IMG/VR virus record: IMGVR_UViG_3300030118_000876
Coordinates: 1 to 53,165 of that record
Strand: one strand, 5' to 3'
Origin: a virus
Lineage: Duplodnaviria; Caudoviricetes
DNA length: 53,165 nucleotides
The position numbers and the translations under genes were made by a program. Position 1 is the stretch's first letter; each line of letters opens with the position of its first letter. The notes under the pieces are model-generated. The model made no database searches, was not told the DNA's origin, and saw only the letters and a list, made by a program, of their open reading frames with translations. Shown piece by piece: positions 37,245 to 46,650 of this stretch.

Positions 37245-37612
37245 TAGTGATCTCCCTCATGAAGTACCCACCCTTTGGAGTTATCGTTCTGATATGCCTC
37301 CTCATCCCAATAATAATCTTTGCCATCATCTGGCTTGGGAATAGGTTCTTTCCATACATACTTTGTATCATCAAACACCCAACTAGCCATAGGTTTTGGT
37401 GAATAGAAACCTGTTCCATCATAATGATCACCAACCTGTGCAAAGTTTTTTCTCAGCGCAGTACCTCCATCTGCATGAACACCTTCTGCAGTATTGTATG
37501 AAGTTTGAACCCATTCTCCGGGAGAATTATCTACAAATGTATTGATATAGTCTGAGTCAGCAACAATGACTTCAGTTACAATACCATCAACTACTTTTGC
37601 ATAATGTGCCAT
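37244..37612 (-). CDS. Tail fibre-associated protein
   Basis: MAHYAKV..G.V..VIVA, WVQTSYN, LRKNFA, W..P.P.P, YYWDE; usual partner of Gly-rich fibres. Confidence 0.75.
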   Translation of the reverse strand: MAHYAKVVDGIVTEVIVADSDYINTFVDNSPGEWVQTSYNTAEGVHADGGTALRKNFAQVGDHYDGTGFYSPKPMASWVFDDTKYVWKEPIPKPDDGKDYYWDEEAYQNDNSKGWVLHEGDH

Positions 37613-37621
37613 GTTGCCTCC

Positions 37622-39187
37622 CTATAATTGAAACCTTATTACGACAATGCCTGAACCACCATTGCCACCTTTATTATTTCCACTTCCGGGGCCACTGCCG
37701 CCTGCACCAACTGTAACAGTATTAGAACCTGAAACTGAAATACCAGTTAAAGCTCTCATACCGCCAGCTCCGCCGCCGCCACCTGATCCGTCACCAGCTC
37801 CTCCGCCGCCTCCAGAACCTCTATTAGTGTCGCCGTTTTGAGCATTAGAACTACCGGAAATAGCGCCGTTACCGCCGCCTCCAGTACCTCCTTGACCTTG
37901 TCCACTGTTTGTGCCGCCTCCGCCGCCACCTGCGTAAGCAAAATTTGAACCTGTTCTAAAATCGTTATTTGTACCGTTTCCGCCGTTACCTGCTTTATTA
38001 CTTGGAATTTGTGTTTGTCCAGCAGCTCCAGCTCCTCCGCCGCCACCGCCGAGGTCTCCACTCGTGTGTCCTGAACCACCTCCGCCATTGTTTCCTTGTC
38101 CTGATGTTCCTGAGCCACCGGGTGCGTCACCACCTGAGTCATCACCTCCGCCGCCTCCGCCTGAGCCGCCGTTATTTCCTGACTGAGCTGTATTTGAGTC
38201 ATCAGACCCGCCACCTCCGCCGCCTCCGATTGAGGTGTACGACCCAAAAACACTGTTATTTCCGTTTCCTCCTCTAGATGCACTACCAGCTCTACCGCCG
38301 CCACCGCCGCCAGCGACAATTAAAATATCAGCAGTAAGTGCTGGACTATTGGAATCTACGGTAAATGTACCAGAAGAAGTAAAACTATGTACTCGGTAAG
38401 AACCATACGTTGTTACAGTACCGCCTGAAGGTAAAGCTATAGCAGTTTTAGATACGCCTGCAGATTGAATACCGTCTGAATTAGTAACACTAACTGTTAC
38501 AACATTACCAGCTGTGAGATTACTAAATACCGAGGAAGGCACAGTTACTGTTGCAGCTGTATCAGATGAAGGTGTCACAGTTACATTTACATCAACAGAA
38601 TCGGAAGACTGAAGAAAATTAACAACTAAGTTAGCTGTTTGGAATCCTTTTCCTGTTAAAGTAAGTGTGGAAGCACCCCCCACGTATATCTGGCCTGTAA
38701 CACTACTTAGCGTAGAAACCACAGAAGAAATTTTTAGCCAGTTTGAGCCATTCGAAAAATATACAACGTCATCATCAGTGTTATATCTAATGTGTCCCTC
38801 AGTACCACTCGCTGCAGGTTCTTGTGCATCAGTGCCTTTAGGAAGTGCAAAAGACCCCGTAGATGAAGTACTCTTATCATATGGATCAGCAGCTTCAGTA
38901 AGACCTTGTGCTGTTACACGAAGCTCAATTCGATCACCAATAGCATAAGCTCTTGCTGTTGTGTTCTCTTGAGCACGAGTTACTGTAAGTACGTCACTTG
39001 AACGTGCTGTACATTTAACAATCTCAAGATTGTTAGAAGAATCAATTAGTGTAGCGTAAAAATACTCACCGCTCGAAAGAGATGGAAAACGAGCGCCATG
39101 ACCACTTGCAACAGTAATACTAGTTGCGCTGTTAGATAAACTAGCAGCTAACGTGGAGTGACCATTGTTAGAGAATTTTACACTCAC
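37622..39187 (-). CDS. Tail fibre 1 with glycine-rich C-terminal domain
   Basis: GTG start with AAGGAG SD; GHIRYNT; HSFTSSGTF; IVAGGGGG...GGSGIVVIR. Confidence 0.85.
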   Translation of the reverse strand: MSVKFSNNGHSTLAASLSNSATSITVASGHGARFPSLSSGEYFYATLIDSSNNLEIVKCTARSSDVLTVTRAQENTTARAYAIGDRIELRVTAQGLTEAADPYDKSTSSTGSFALPKGTDAQEPAASGTEGHIRYNTDDDVVYFSNGSNWLKISSVVSTLSSVTGQIYVGGASTLTLTGKGFQTANLVVNFLQSSDSVDVNVTVTPSSDTAATVTVPSSVFSNLTAGNVVTVSVTNSDGIQSAGVSKTAIALPSGGTVTTYGSYRVHSFTSSGTFTVDSNSPALTADILIVAGGGGGGRAGSASRGGNGNNSVFGSYTSIGGGGGGGSDDSNTAQSGNNGGSGGGGGGDDSGGDAPGGSGTSGQGNNGGGGSGHTSGDLGGGGGGAGAAGQTQIPSNKAGNGGNGTNNDFRTGSNFAYAGGGGGGTNSGQGQGGTGGGGNGAISGSSNAQNGDTNRGSGGGGGAGDGSGGGGGAGGMRALTGISVSGSNTVTVGAGGSGPGSGNNKGGNGGSGIVVIRFQL

Positions 39188-39198
39188 AACTTAACTCC

Positions 39199-39642
39199 TT
39201 AGTTTACAGTAACAGTCCAAGTAATACCTAGTGTATCAGCAGCTCCTTTGTTAATTACACTGAAGACAGTTCTACATAGAAGTGTACCACTTGAAGATGC
39301 GTTAAATATTCCAGCCTCTGTAATTGCTCCTGTACCCGTACCAGCAGCAAATGTTGCAACATAAGCAACTGCGTTACTAGTTACAGTAGTTGACGTAAGC
39401 GCTACCCGGCCAGCCTCAGTTCCAAGAGCTGCATCACCAGCGGCTGCAGCAGTGCTGCCAGTGCCGATAGCCATATGACTCATAGCTGTAGCTGATGCGT
39501 CTTTCATTCGTGACGCAATATATTCTTTACCGTCAGTAACAACGATGTTAGGTACAATCGTTTCATGTACGTTACCGTCAGGTTTTGTAACAGTAATTTT
39601 TAGTTCACCTGTTACTTTGATAGTATCATTAATCATGCCCAT
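39199..39642 (-). CDS. Tail/collar fibre structural protein
   Basis: NIVVTDG, MAIGTG, ITEAGIFNA, LLCRTVF.VINK...L.ITWT. Confidence 0.7.
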   Translation of the reverse strand: MGMINDTIKVTGELKITVTKPDGNVHETIVPNIVVTDGKEYIASRMKDASATAMSHMAIGTGSTAAAAGDAALGTEAGRVALTSTTVTSNAVAYVATFAAGTGTGAITEAGIFNASSSGTLLCRTVFSVINKGAADTLGITWTVTVN

Positions 39643-39648
39643 CTCCTT

Positions 39649-41085
39649 TTATGTATGCCGACCTGCAGATAATGGAGTCTCATTTAAGAAATGTCCATTA
39701 AGTTCAGTATCGTCTGTATCAGTATATATGAAATTAACCAATAGTCCAGCGTTTGTTGAATCGCCGTACGTTATTGTATCGTTATTTATCTGTGGGTTAT
39801 TTATTAAGCCCGCACCGCCAATAATACCAACAAATTCTTCTCTACCATCAGTCCCAAACCTAAATACATCTTGTACAAAAGCTCTGCCTGATTCTCCTAA
39901 ACCTCTGTGATAACCCCTAATACTTGACGGATTATTATCAGCATCAATCGCGTAAACTCTACTAGGATAAACATAATCTGACTCGCCTAGTATTAAGCTA
40001 GTAACTAAATTTTCTGTAACAGATGCTGTATTAGAAAAAGCCTGTTGTATGTTAAACACAGCAGATTCTGTAGCAGAAACAGTGTCTGACACAGGAATGT
40101 TAGGTTCTAACTTTATACCTTCTACTGCTGTAAAGCTATCTGCAAATCCCGGTATAGTTACATTAAAAGCTGTAGACTCTACGGGTGATGCGGTATCATT
40201 AAAACCACCATGAGTAAAGTTTTTGGCTGTAGACTCTGTAGCACTAACAGTATCAGTTAAACCTTTAGTTGAGGCAAAAATATTTATTTGGTCTGAAGCT
40301 GTAACAGGATCAGGATCTACATCAGCATCTGATAAATCAAAATCTATATTTGAAGTAAATGCTTTTATGTTTGATTGAACTGCAGTTACATCGTCAGTAC
40401 TAATCTGTGTAAGGTTTTTAGCTATTGCTTCTGTAGCTGTAACTGTGTCATCTAATACGGTTGTTACATCAAAACGATCAATTGCCTCAGAAGTTGTTGC
40501 TGTGTCTGTGACATTTTTATGAGGCCGCAATTGATTGATTGCTTCTGATGTAGACACCGAAGCTGTGATACCCGGTTTAGCAGGATTCTTAGCAGTAGAC
40601 TCAGAAACTGTAACATCATCATTATCTGCTAAATCTGCTATAGTTACATCTATTGCTGCTGATTCAGATACAGTAACTGGTGTTGCATCTACGTCAGCAT
40701 CACTAGGATCAAAATCTATAAAATCTGTAAATACTTTTACACGAGACTCAACCATAGTAACTGAGTCTGTTTTTGCCAGCTGAATATTACGAATGCCCCC
40801 ATCATCTGTTACTGCTGGGCCTTCAGTTTTAAAAGTTTCAAAATCTTTTTGTAAGTCAGTTTCTACACCAACTCCGTCTCCAACATCGGTAGCTTCAACT
40901 TGCTGCTCAGGAAGAATACTAGTTGGCACTATAAAATAACTAGCATTTATACTTTGGTTAGATATTGAAACCCCAACTGTAATATCAGGATAAGAAGGAC
41001 TAGCTGATACAGTAGATACAGCAACAGATGCACTTATTACTGAATTTATAACAATAGAAGATATAGATATACTGCTATTGGCCAT
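39649..41085 (-). CDS. Repeat-rich acidic structural protein
   Basis: About 20-aa D.V..TE repeats and a duplicated IDFDxSDADVD block. Confidence 0.7.
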   Translation of the reverse strand: MANSSISISSIVINSVISASVAVSTVSASPSYPDITVGVSISNQSINASYFIVPTSILPEQQVEATDVGDGVGVETDLQKDFETFKTEGPAVTDDGGIRNIQLAKTDSVTMVESRVKVFTDFIDFDPSDADVDATPVTVSESAAIDVTIADLADNDDVTVSESTAKNPAKPGITASVSTSEAINQLRPHKNVTDTATTSEAIDRFDVTTVLDDTVTATEAIAKNLTQISTDDVTAVQSNIKAFTSNIDFDLSDADVDPDPVTASDQINIFASTKGLTDTVSATESTAKNFTHGGFNDTASPVESTAFNVTIPGFADSFTAVEGIKLEPNIPVSDTVSATESAVFNIQQAFSNTASVTENLVTSLILGESDYVYPSRVYAIDADNNPSSIRGYHRGLGESGRAFVQDVFRFGTDGREEFVGIIGGAGLINNPQINNDTITYGDSTNAGLLVNFIYTDTDDTELNGHFLNETPLSAGRHT

Positions 41086-41426
41086 TACGAGTTAGCTCTA
41101 ACTCTGAACTTTAATACTTCGTAAACAGTCTGCACATTAGTGCCATTTCCACTGTAATCAATTACAATTTCACCTTCATATTCTCCGGGGTCAACATCAA
41201 GTACACCGCCTGCAAAGTTAAATATTACTTTACCATTAGTACCCGCACCATCTTTAACGGTATTAATAGTAGACAAAGTTGTAGTTGTGCCTCTTTTTCT
41301 AAATTTTATAGAAACACTAGTTGAAGCTAGTGATAAATCTAAAGGTGAGTTAGCTGTATCGTCTGTAAGCGTTAAAACGATTTGTGGTAATTCATCTCCT
41401 TTTACTAGTTTTATTGTTTCAGCCAT
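41085..41426 (-). CDS. Ig-like (BppU N-terminal-like) structural protein
   Basis: LVKGD.LP, PLDLS, G.YEGEI, QTVY..LKF.VR. Confidence 0.6.
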   Translation of the reverse strand: MAETIKLVKGDELPQIVLTLTDDTANSPLDLSLASTSVSIKFRKRGTTTTLSTINTVKDGAGTNGKVIFNFAGGVLDVDPGEYEGEIVIDYSGNGTNVQTVYEVLKFRVRANS

Positions 41427-41434
41427 AATCTACC

Positions 41435-42097
41435 TCACGCAAATTTTTGTGCCTGTACTCGGACAGACGATTTAGATGCACCGATATTAGTTCTAGCTCT
41501 ACGCTCCGACAATTTAAAAGCAAACTGTTTAGCATGATAAGAAGCTAATTCTCTGTCACTCCATGTTCTATCAGGTAAAACTAATAGATGTTGTAGTGCA
41601 CCGTGCATAATTACATTTTCAAGTTCATCAAGAAACTTTTTATCCATTTTTGTAGCTGTACGCAAAGGTTTAAGACATACAATCATTCTAACATCATAAT
41701 TTTGAGTACTATCAGGTAGTGGTGCTACAGAGAAATTATCAGGGTCTAATTGAGTTATGTATCTAGGCTCTGCATATTCATTAGCACTTTGGTTAGGCCA
41801 CGTAGGATAAAGATCATACAACTGTTCTATAGTAACAGGAGTAAGCTGTTTTCCATTTATAGTGGCAGTTATAAACGCATGAACCTCTGCATCGTCAGGA
41901 GTATCATACGCATAATCATATGCACCCGGAACAAGTCTAATCGAAGGTTGTTCATAACGCCAAGCTAATGTACGCTCACATGCTTCGATAGCAGCATCAC
42001 GAACATATTGCTCTACGACTGGCGTTGGGCAACCGGGGACACTAGGAGATAACCTATTAACGATGTCGAGGAATGTTCTGTTTGTATATATTGGCAT
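41435..42097 (-). CDS. Head-tail adaptor/tail tubular A-like protein
   Basis: VPGCP...VRDAAIEACERT, HGAL..LL..P...W. Confidence 0.6.
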   Translation of the reverse strand: MPIYTNRTFLDIVNRLSPSVPGCPTPVVEQYVRDAAIEACERTLAWRYEQPSIRLVPGAYDYAYDTPDDAEVHAFITATINGKQLTPVTIEQLYDLYPTWPNQSANEYAEPRYITQLDPDNFSVAPLPDSTQNYDVRMIVCLKPLRTATKMDKKFLDELENVIMHGALQHLLVLPDRTWSDRELASYHAKQFAFKLSERRARTNIGASKSSVRVQAQKFA

Positions 42098-42741
42098 TAG
42101 GTAACATCCTCCTCATCAAGTCCACCTCGCTCAGGATCAGTAATAGCCCTGCTCTGTGCAGCAACACCAAGAGCTTGAGTGAACGATTGTTGAAACAACT
42201 GTGCCCGTTGTGAGTTTACATGCTCATTATCAACTGACTCAGCAATAAATACAGTGGCATCTACAACAACTGGGAAGTAAGCATCTGGTAACAATGCAAC
42301 TGCTGTAGTACCATCGTAATCTGGTGGTGTTTGAGAATACTCGCCTATCAATATTTGATTAGCAGGAGCTTTTGGGTAAATAAAAAATTTGTTTGCGTTT
42401 CTAACATGACGCATAAAATTAACAGCAGCACCTTCAGGATCATTCATCCATGTAGGGTATGCTTGGTCTAGTGCTTCACGATTAGTTTCGATAATGCCAT
42501 TACCATTTTTTACAGAATATATTTCAATAAGACGGATAGAATCTGCAGGTGTAGACTGTACTACTGAACCTTGAGTAGTGGGAATCTCAGCAATAATTGC
42601 AAACAGATCAGGTCTAAGCACTGCTATTCTTTTAAGTGCTTGGTTAGCAAATCCTACCAAGATAGTATCCGAATAACGCTGGGGGCTATTCGTATCTTGT
42701 AAGATCCGTCTTACTTCAGTAATGACATCATTTAATATCAC
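42097..42741 (-). CDS. Head-tail adaptor protein
   Basis: VRRILQD...RYSD..L....N.A...IA..RPD, LD...P.W, FFIYP. Confidence 0.6.
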   Translation of the reverse strand: MILNDVITEVRRILQDTNSPQRYSDTILVGFANQALKRIAVLRPDLFAIIAEIPTTQGSVVQSTPADSIRLIEIYSVKNGNGIIETNREALDQAYPTWMNDPEGAAVNFMRHVRNANKFFIYPKAPANQILIGEYSQTPPDYDGTTAVALLPDAYFPVVVDATVFIAESVDNEHVNSQRAQLFQQSFTQALGVAAQSRAITDPERGGLDEEDVT

Positions 42742-43055
42742 TTCTTCTCAACCCATGCTTCGTTTTCTGGTGTAGTAGGATCATCTTTTACATAATGACC
42801 TTTACTATTCCTTGCTCTCTCTAAACCTCTTGTTGCTTCTTCTGCAAGATCTTCTGGTGTAGAGTCACCTTCTTCAGGAATTTCTTTTGTTTCAAGATCA
42901 ACTTTAGGTTTTCTATTTTTTTGTTTTTTAGGGATATGTTTTTCTGGAAATGCTTGTTCTTCAGTCACTTCTTCAGTCAATGGATTATCAGCAAGAATTG
43001 CATCCCACTCATAAATTTCACCATCTTTAATATTTCTTAACCATCTTTGAGTCAT
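42738..43055 (-). CDS. Hypothetical protein
   Basis: SD GGAGGT; C-terminal RARNSKGHYVKDDPTTPENEAW. Confidence 0.75.
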   Translation of the reverse strand: MTQRWLRNIKDGEIYEWDAILADNPLTEEVTEEQAFPEKHIPKKQKNRKPKVDLETKEIPEEGDSTPEDLAEEATRGLERARNSKGHYVKDDPTTPENEAWVEKK

Positions 43056-43066
43056 TGTTGTACCTC

Positions 43067-43315
43067 CTACGTAACTCGTTTAACTCTCTTAGAGCTTTTC
43101 TTTTGTGCAAGACGGCTGCGCTTTTCAGCTGCAGTAAGCTCTGACGCTGTCTTTGGGGTATCTTTTGAAACCCGTTTAGACGGGCGACAATAAGGGTAAC
43201 CACTTCTTTTTTCTCCTTTTTGTCTACCACAGGGTTTACCTGTACGTACATCTACCCACTTCTCTTTAAACCAGCGTTTAAGTTTAGCTCCTTCCTCTGT
43301 CTTGCGAACTGCCAT
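43067..43315 (-). CDS. Small basic Cys-containing protein
   Basis: LKRWFKEKWVDV..GKPCGR, YPYCRPSKRVS. Confidence 0.8.
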   Translation of the reverse strand: MAVRKTEEGAKLKRWFKEKWVDVRTGKPCGRQKGEKRSGYPYCRPSKRVSKDTPKTASELTAAEKRSRLAQKKSSKRVKRVT

Positions 43316-43345
43316 AATTATACACCTCTTACTTCTATCACGTTT

Positions 43346-43510
43346 TTACTTCTTTGTATTCTTCTTTTTAGATTTTCCCCAATTAGCAGCTCCAACCTTT
43401 CGGCATTTAGCTAAAGCTCCTGAAGCATACGCTGAAGGCCAAACTTTATAGCGAGCTTTTACTTTATAGTAACAAGCGTCTTTTTTAGATTTTGCTTTTG
43501 GTGCTGCCAT
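43346..43510 (-). CDS. Small basic protein, 54 aa (KDACYYKVKARYKVWPSAYASGALAKCRK); not in ORF track
   Basis: Translated by hand; fills the gap between neighbouring genes. Confidence 0.8.
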   Translation of the reverse strand: MAAPKAKSKKDACYYKVKARYKVWPSAYASGALAKCRKVGAANWGKSKKKNTKK

Positions 43511-43516
43511 AATTAC

Positions 43517-43762
43517 CTACCATTTCTTACATGACCAATAGCGAGCTGTCATCTTAGATGGTGGCCTGCTATCACAACCATGTCTTGCCCTAAAGTTTTT
43601 TCGTCTTCCGGGTTGATTCTTTTTAATTTTCATATTGGCATCTCCAAACCTAATAATTTTTTCTTTACCATTTTGACAAGCCTTAACAACAAACTTTTTA
43701 CCGCCAGAAACTTGACGTTTTGGTTTGTTACATGCCATCTTAGATTTGTCGATTTTAGCCAT
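43517..43762 (-). CDS. Small basic Cys-containing protein
   Basis: KKFVVKAC, IIRFGD, RRKNFRARHGC, ARYWSCKKW. Confidence 0.8.
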   Translation of the reverse strand: MAKIDKSKMACNKPKRQVSGGKKFVVKACQNGKEKIIRFGDANMKIKKNQPGRRKNFRARHGCDSRPPSKMTARYWSCKKW

Positions 43763-43932
43763 TACGCTTTAGCCTTTTTTTGAGCTGTTTTACTTAACTC
43801 TTTAAAATGAAATAAACGCTTACTGGTTTTACCGTGTGTCTTTCCAGAATGTAACTGACCATTAGGCATCTTATGTGTACCACCTTTATGTTCAGTTCCG
43901 TCACGGAAATAATGTTTCATACCTTTACCCAT
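43762..43932 (-). CDS. Small His/Lys-rich protein, 56 aa (MGKGMKHYFRDGTEHKGGTHKMPNGQLHSGKTH...); not in ORF track
   Basis: SD GGAGGTG; TAATG overlap with the next gene. Confidence 0.8.
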   Translation of the reverse strand: MGKGMKHYFRDGTEHKGGTHKMPNGQLHSGKTHGKTSKRLFHFKELSKTAQKKAKA

Positions 43933-43951
43933 AACACCTCCTATGTAGGGA

Positions 43952-43969
43952 GGGGGGCCGAAGCCCCCC
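43952..43969 (-). promoter_or_regulatory. C(UUCG)G hairpin after the capsid operon, no U-tract
   Basis: GGGGGGC-TTCG-GCCCCCC on the - strand. Confidence 0.65.
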
Positions 43970-43977
43970 AGCCAAGT

Positions 43978-44433
43978 TTATGAACAGTCAACCATTACAG
44001 CTGTAAGTTTCATAACTGCTGCATCAGCGGCATTGTTAAGCACAATGTCAATTGTATCAGCAGCTGTGTAATACTTACCAGCTTCATAAGCGTCAGTTCC
44101 AGCTACAGTAAGATATGCTGCTGTAGCATTAGCGTTAACACCATCAAGGTATCCATCTGTGTTATCGCCGTCACCAACGTCAACTGTTAGTGTTCCGCCC
44201 TCAGCAGTAGTAACTTCTAGAGCCACATGTGTGACCAAAGTTTGTGCTGGGACTTTAATAACTTCAAGAATATCAGCACTTGTAAGTGCAGTCAGACCAG
44301 CTGCTGCCCTTTCAGTAGTGATAGTAGCGAAGTTTAGGTCTACAGTTACAGATGATACTTTGTTGATACCTGCAGCAACGTGCGCAGTACCAGTACCAAG
44401 GTTGTAACCTTTTCCATCATTATATGTAGCCAT
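43978..44433 (-). CDS. Capsid decoration/minor capsid protein
   Basis: Directly follows MCP; VDVGD...DGYLDG, YYTAADTID. Confidence 0.7.
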   Translation of the reverse strand: MATYNDGKGYNLGTGTAHVAAGINKVSSVTVDLNFATITTERAAAGLTALTSADILEVIKVPAQTLVTHVALEVTTAEGGTLTVDVGDGDNTDGYLDGVNANATAAYLTVAGTDAYEAGKYYTAADTIDIVLNNAADAAVMKLTAVMVDCS

Positions 44434-44448
44434 GATCTAAGCCCTCCT

Positions 44449-45357
44449 TTATACAGTTACAATCATTGTGGCAAGAGCTTCAGGCTTAACGACTTTATAG
44501 CCGTAAACTTGAAGACCACGAATGATGTTACCAAAAGTTGTTTCAGATCTAATGGTTTCCATGTTTGTCATCTGAGATGCAAACGTGAAGCCCATCTTGT
44601 GACCACCGATTACGCTGAACTCACCACCCGCAGTTTTCTTTAGGTTATGAGAAACGAAAACAGTGAACCTGTCGATCATGCCCAAACGTCCGTTACGTAG
44701 CGGCGACTCGTTGTCACCAGTAATAGACGCATCTTTAAGGTCAGATTGCTTGATAAGACCAGCCATCTTTGCAGGAATCACAAGAAAACGATCCCCTTCT
44801 GGACAGTTAGCTTCGTCAAGAACTGTTCCCATGTCTACGATTTTGTCGATGACATTGCTCTTTGTAAGAGCTTCGGGAGTACCTGCTACACCAAGATCAA
44901 TGTTTCCAGAAATAGCGCCAGCTGTTTGGCCTTTGTTATTCGCGGATACATCTGGTAGTAGATCAGTCAGAACACGCTGATCAATTTTGATCTTCATACG
45001 CTCTGAAGCGTCTTTAGACCACATATCCATCAATGCGATGTCAGACTGAACTTGATCAACATCGTCTTCAACACAAGCAAAATATTCGCCCTTGTCAATG
45101 ATGAGTTGTAGTTTAGCCTTGTCAGGATTTTCAACTGCAAGAGTTTGACCCTTAACATAGGTTTGAATAGTGATTTCAGGAGTAGTACGGATGTTAACCG
45201 TATCACCCATTTGTCTGATCTCACCCTCATAGTCAGTGTTTGAGATTGCTGCGAGCACAGTTGCGTCGTAGAAATTCTCAATCAGCTTCCCAGACCAAAT
45301 CTCTGGGATGAAGTTGCCGGTATAATCTGGTCGGCCACCAGTTACTGCAAAAGCCAT
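44449..45357 (-). CDS. Major capsid protein (HK97 fold)
   Basis: FIPEIWSGKL, NTDYEGEI...GDTV.I, LDEANCP..DRF, RGLQVYG.KV..PEAL. Confidence 0.9.
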   Translation of the reverse strand: MAFAVTGGRPDYTGNFIPEIWSGKLIENFYDATVLAAISNTDYEGEIRQMGDTVNIRTTPEITIQTYVKGQTLAVENPDKAKLQLIIDKGEYFACVEDDVDQVQSDIALMDMWSKDASERMKIKIDQRVLTDLLPDVSANNKGQTAGAISGNIDLGVAGTPEALTKSNVIDKIVDMGTVLDEANCPEGDRFLVIPAKMAGLIKQSDLKDASITGDNESPLRNGRLGMIDRFTVFVSHNLKKTAGGEFSVIGGHKMGFTFASQMTNMETIRSETTFGNIIRGLQVYGYKVVKPEALATMIVTV

Positions 45358-45368
45358 ATTAGCCTCCT

Positions 45369-46397
45369 TTAATTAGCAGTTACGATACGACCTTCTCGTT
45401 GTGCAGCGAAAATGTCGCGTTCAATTCGACCCCGCTCCGACTCTCTGCCTTTGTACCTACCTTTTCTAACATCACTAAAAAATTGTTCGATGTCAGCAGG
45501 TGAGTATGTCTGGTTTGCACCCTGAGTTACAGGTTGACCACCGCGCCCTCGGCCCGGTGCAACTTGTTTCTCGAGTTGAGACTTTGCTTGATCATTAACA
45601 TGAGCAGTCTCGACCTTACCGTTTGCCTGCGCCCAAGTCTGAAAGAACTGCGCCACACGATTAGTATCTAGATTATTTTGTGCATCCTCTAGATATGTTT
45701 GACGGCTAATACCAGTTAGCGGGTCAATCTCTAACAACCAAGTCTGAAAGTCTGGGTTATCATTAATCTCTTGCCAATTAGGTACAGCATTGGAAATTCC
45801 AGTCCAAAACGCTTGTTCACTAGATTGCTTTTGTTGTGCTTGCACTTGATGCACTTGTGGCACAACTCCTTGCAACTGCTGAATTGTTTTCTCCAACTGT
45901 GCAATACGCCCATTTGCTGCATTGACTTCTTCGCGAGCTGCTCGTCTCATAACATCAATAGAATCACCATACTCTTTAACATCAGCATCTGTAATCAATG
46001 GATCAGATTGCGGTGGTGAAGTAGGTTCTGCTGGTTGATTGTTAACAGTGCTAAGCAACTGTTCCAGTTGGGATACTCGGCTTTGCATCTCACGGTTTTG
46101 TGCGTTCAAACGTGGAACGTCCGCGTTATACATGCCTTGTAACGTTTTGTACTTTTGTTCCCAAGTTTCTTTAGGTTGGGTATCTGATGTGCCTTGCTCA
46201 CTGGCTTCAGATTGAGGTGCTTGTTCTTCAACACTGTCGGAAGCTTGTTCTACAGGTTGCTCAGCAGGTACTTCAGTAGCCTCGGCAGTTTCTGTCTGTA
46301 CTGTTTCTGCCTGTACTGTTTCTGTTTCGCCGTTGAGTTCCTTGTACAACTCCTGTACTTCCTCAGATTGTTTTTGAACTTGCTTTGGTATTGCCAT
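45369..46397 (-). CDS. Capsid scaffolding protein
   Basis: Acidic disordered N-terminus, KYKTLQG.YN, PNWQEIN..P.F..WL, A.REGRI; immediately upstream of MCP. Confidence 0.75.
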   Translation of the reverse strand: MAIPKQVQKQSEEVQELYKELNGETETVQAETVQTETAEATEVPAEQPVEQASDSVEEQAPQSEASEQGTSDTQPKETWEQKYKTLQGMYNADVPRLNAQNREMQSRVSQLEQLLSTVNNQPAEPTSPPQSDPLITDADVKEYGDSIDVMRRAAREEVNAANGRIAQLEKTIQQLQGVVPQVHQVQAQQKQSSEQAFWTGISNAVPNWQEINDNPDFQTWLLEIDPLTGISRQTYLEDAQNNLDTNRVAQFFQTWAQANGKVETAHVNDQAKSQLEKQVAPGRGRGGQPVTQGANQTYSPADIEQFFSDVRKGRYKGRESERGRIERDIFAAQREGRIVTAN

Positions 46398-46431
46398 AAT
46401 CGCTCCTATCGGTATGCGTAATTAACAGCTG

Positions 46432-46650
46432 TCATTTTGACTTTGCTGCAGTTTCCGGGGACTCTTTCATGAACTTTAAAAGTTCTGTCAGAACTTGACA
46501 CCGCCCCTGTGCAAGTGTCGTATTCTGTGTGACGTGTGGTAGCTGCTCTAACTCGTGCATACGCCATTCCTCAACGAACTTAACAACGTCAGGATATTGG
46601 CGTACTACCGTAGCTAAAGCCTTAATAACTTCTGGTGATGGTCGGATCAT
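46432..46650 (-). CDS. Small head-module protein
   Basis: AQGRCQVL; lies between portal and scaffold. Confidence 0.7.
   Translation of the reverse strand: MIRPSPEVIKALATVVRQYPDVVKFVEEWRMHELEQLPHVTQNTTLAQGRCQVLTELLKFMKESPETAAKSK

Noticed and set aside
37756-38319. 187-aa alternative-frame ORF inside tail fibre 1
   Set aside because: A by-product of GGC/GGA glycine codon runs (Ala/Val/Glu-rich shadow) with no convincing SD.
36066-39187. Diversity-generating retroelement or invertible fibre switch
   Set aside because: No reverse transcriptase, invertase, inverted repeats or adenine-specific TR/VR pair seen; the similarity is diverged and mainly at the protein level.
46290-46326. 15-nt tandem repeats (ETVQA/ETVQT) in the scaffold gene
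   Set aside because: Ordinary low-complexity expansion in a disordered acidic region.
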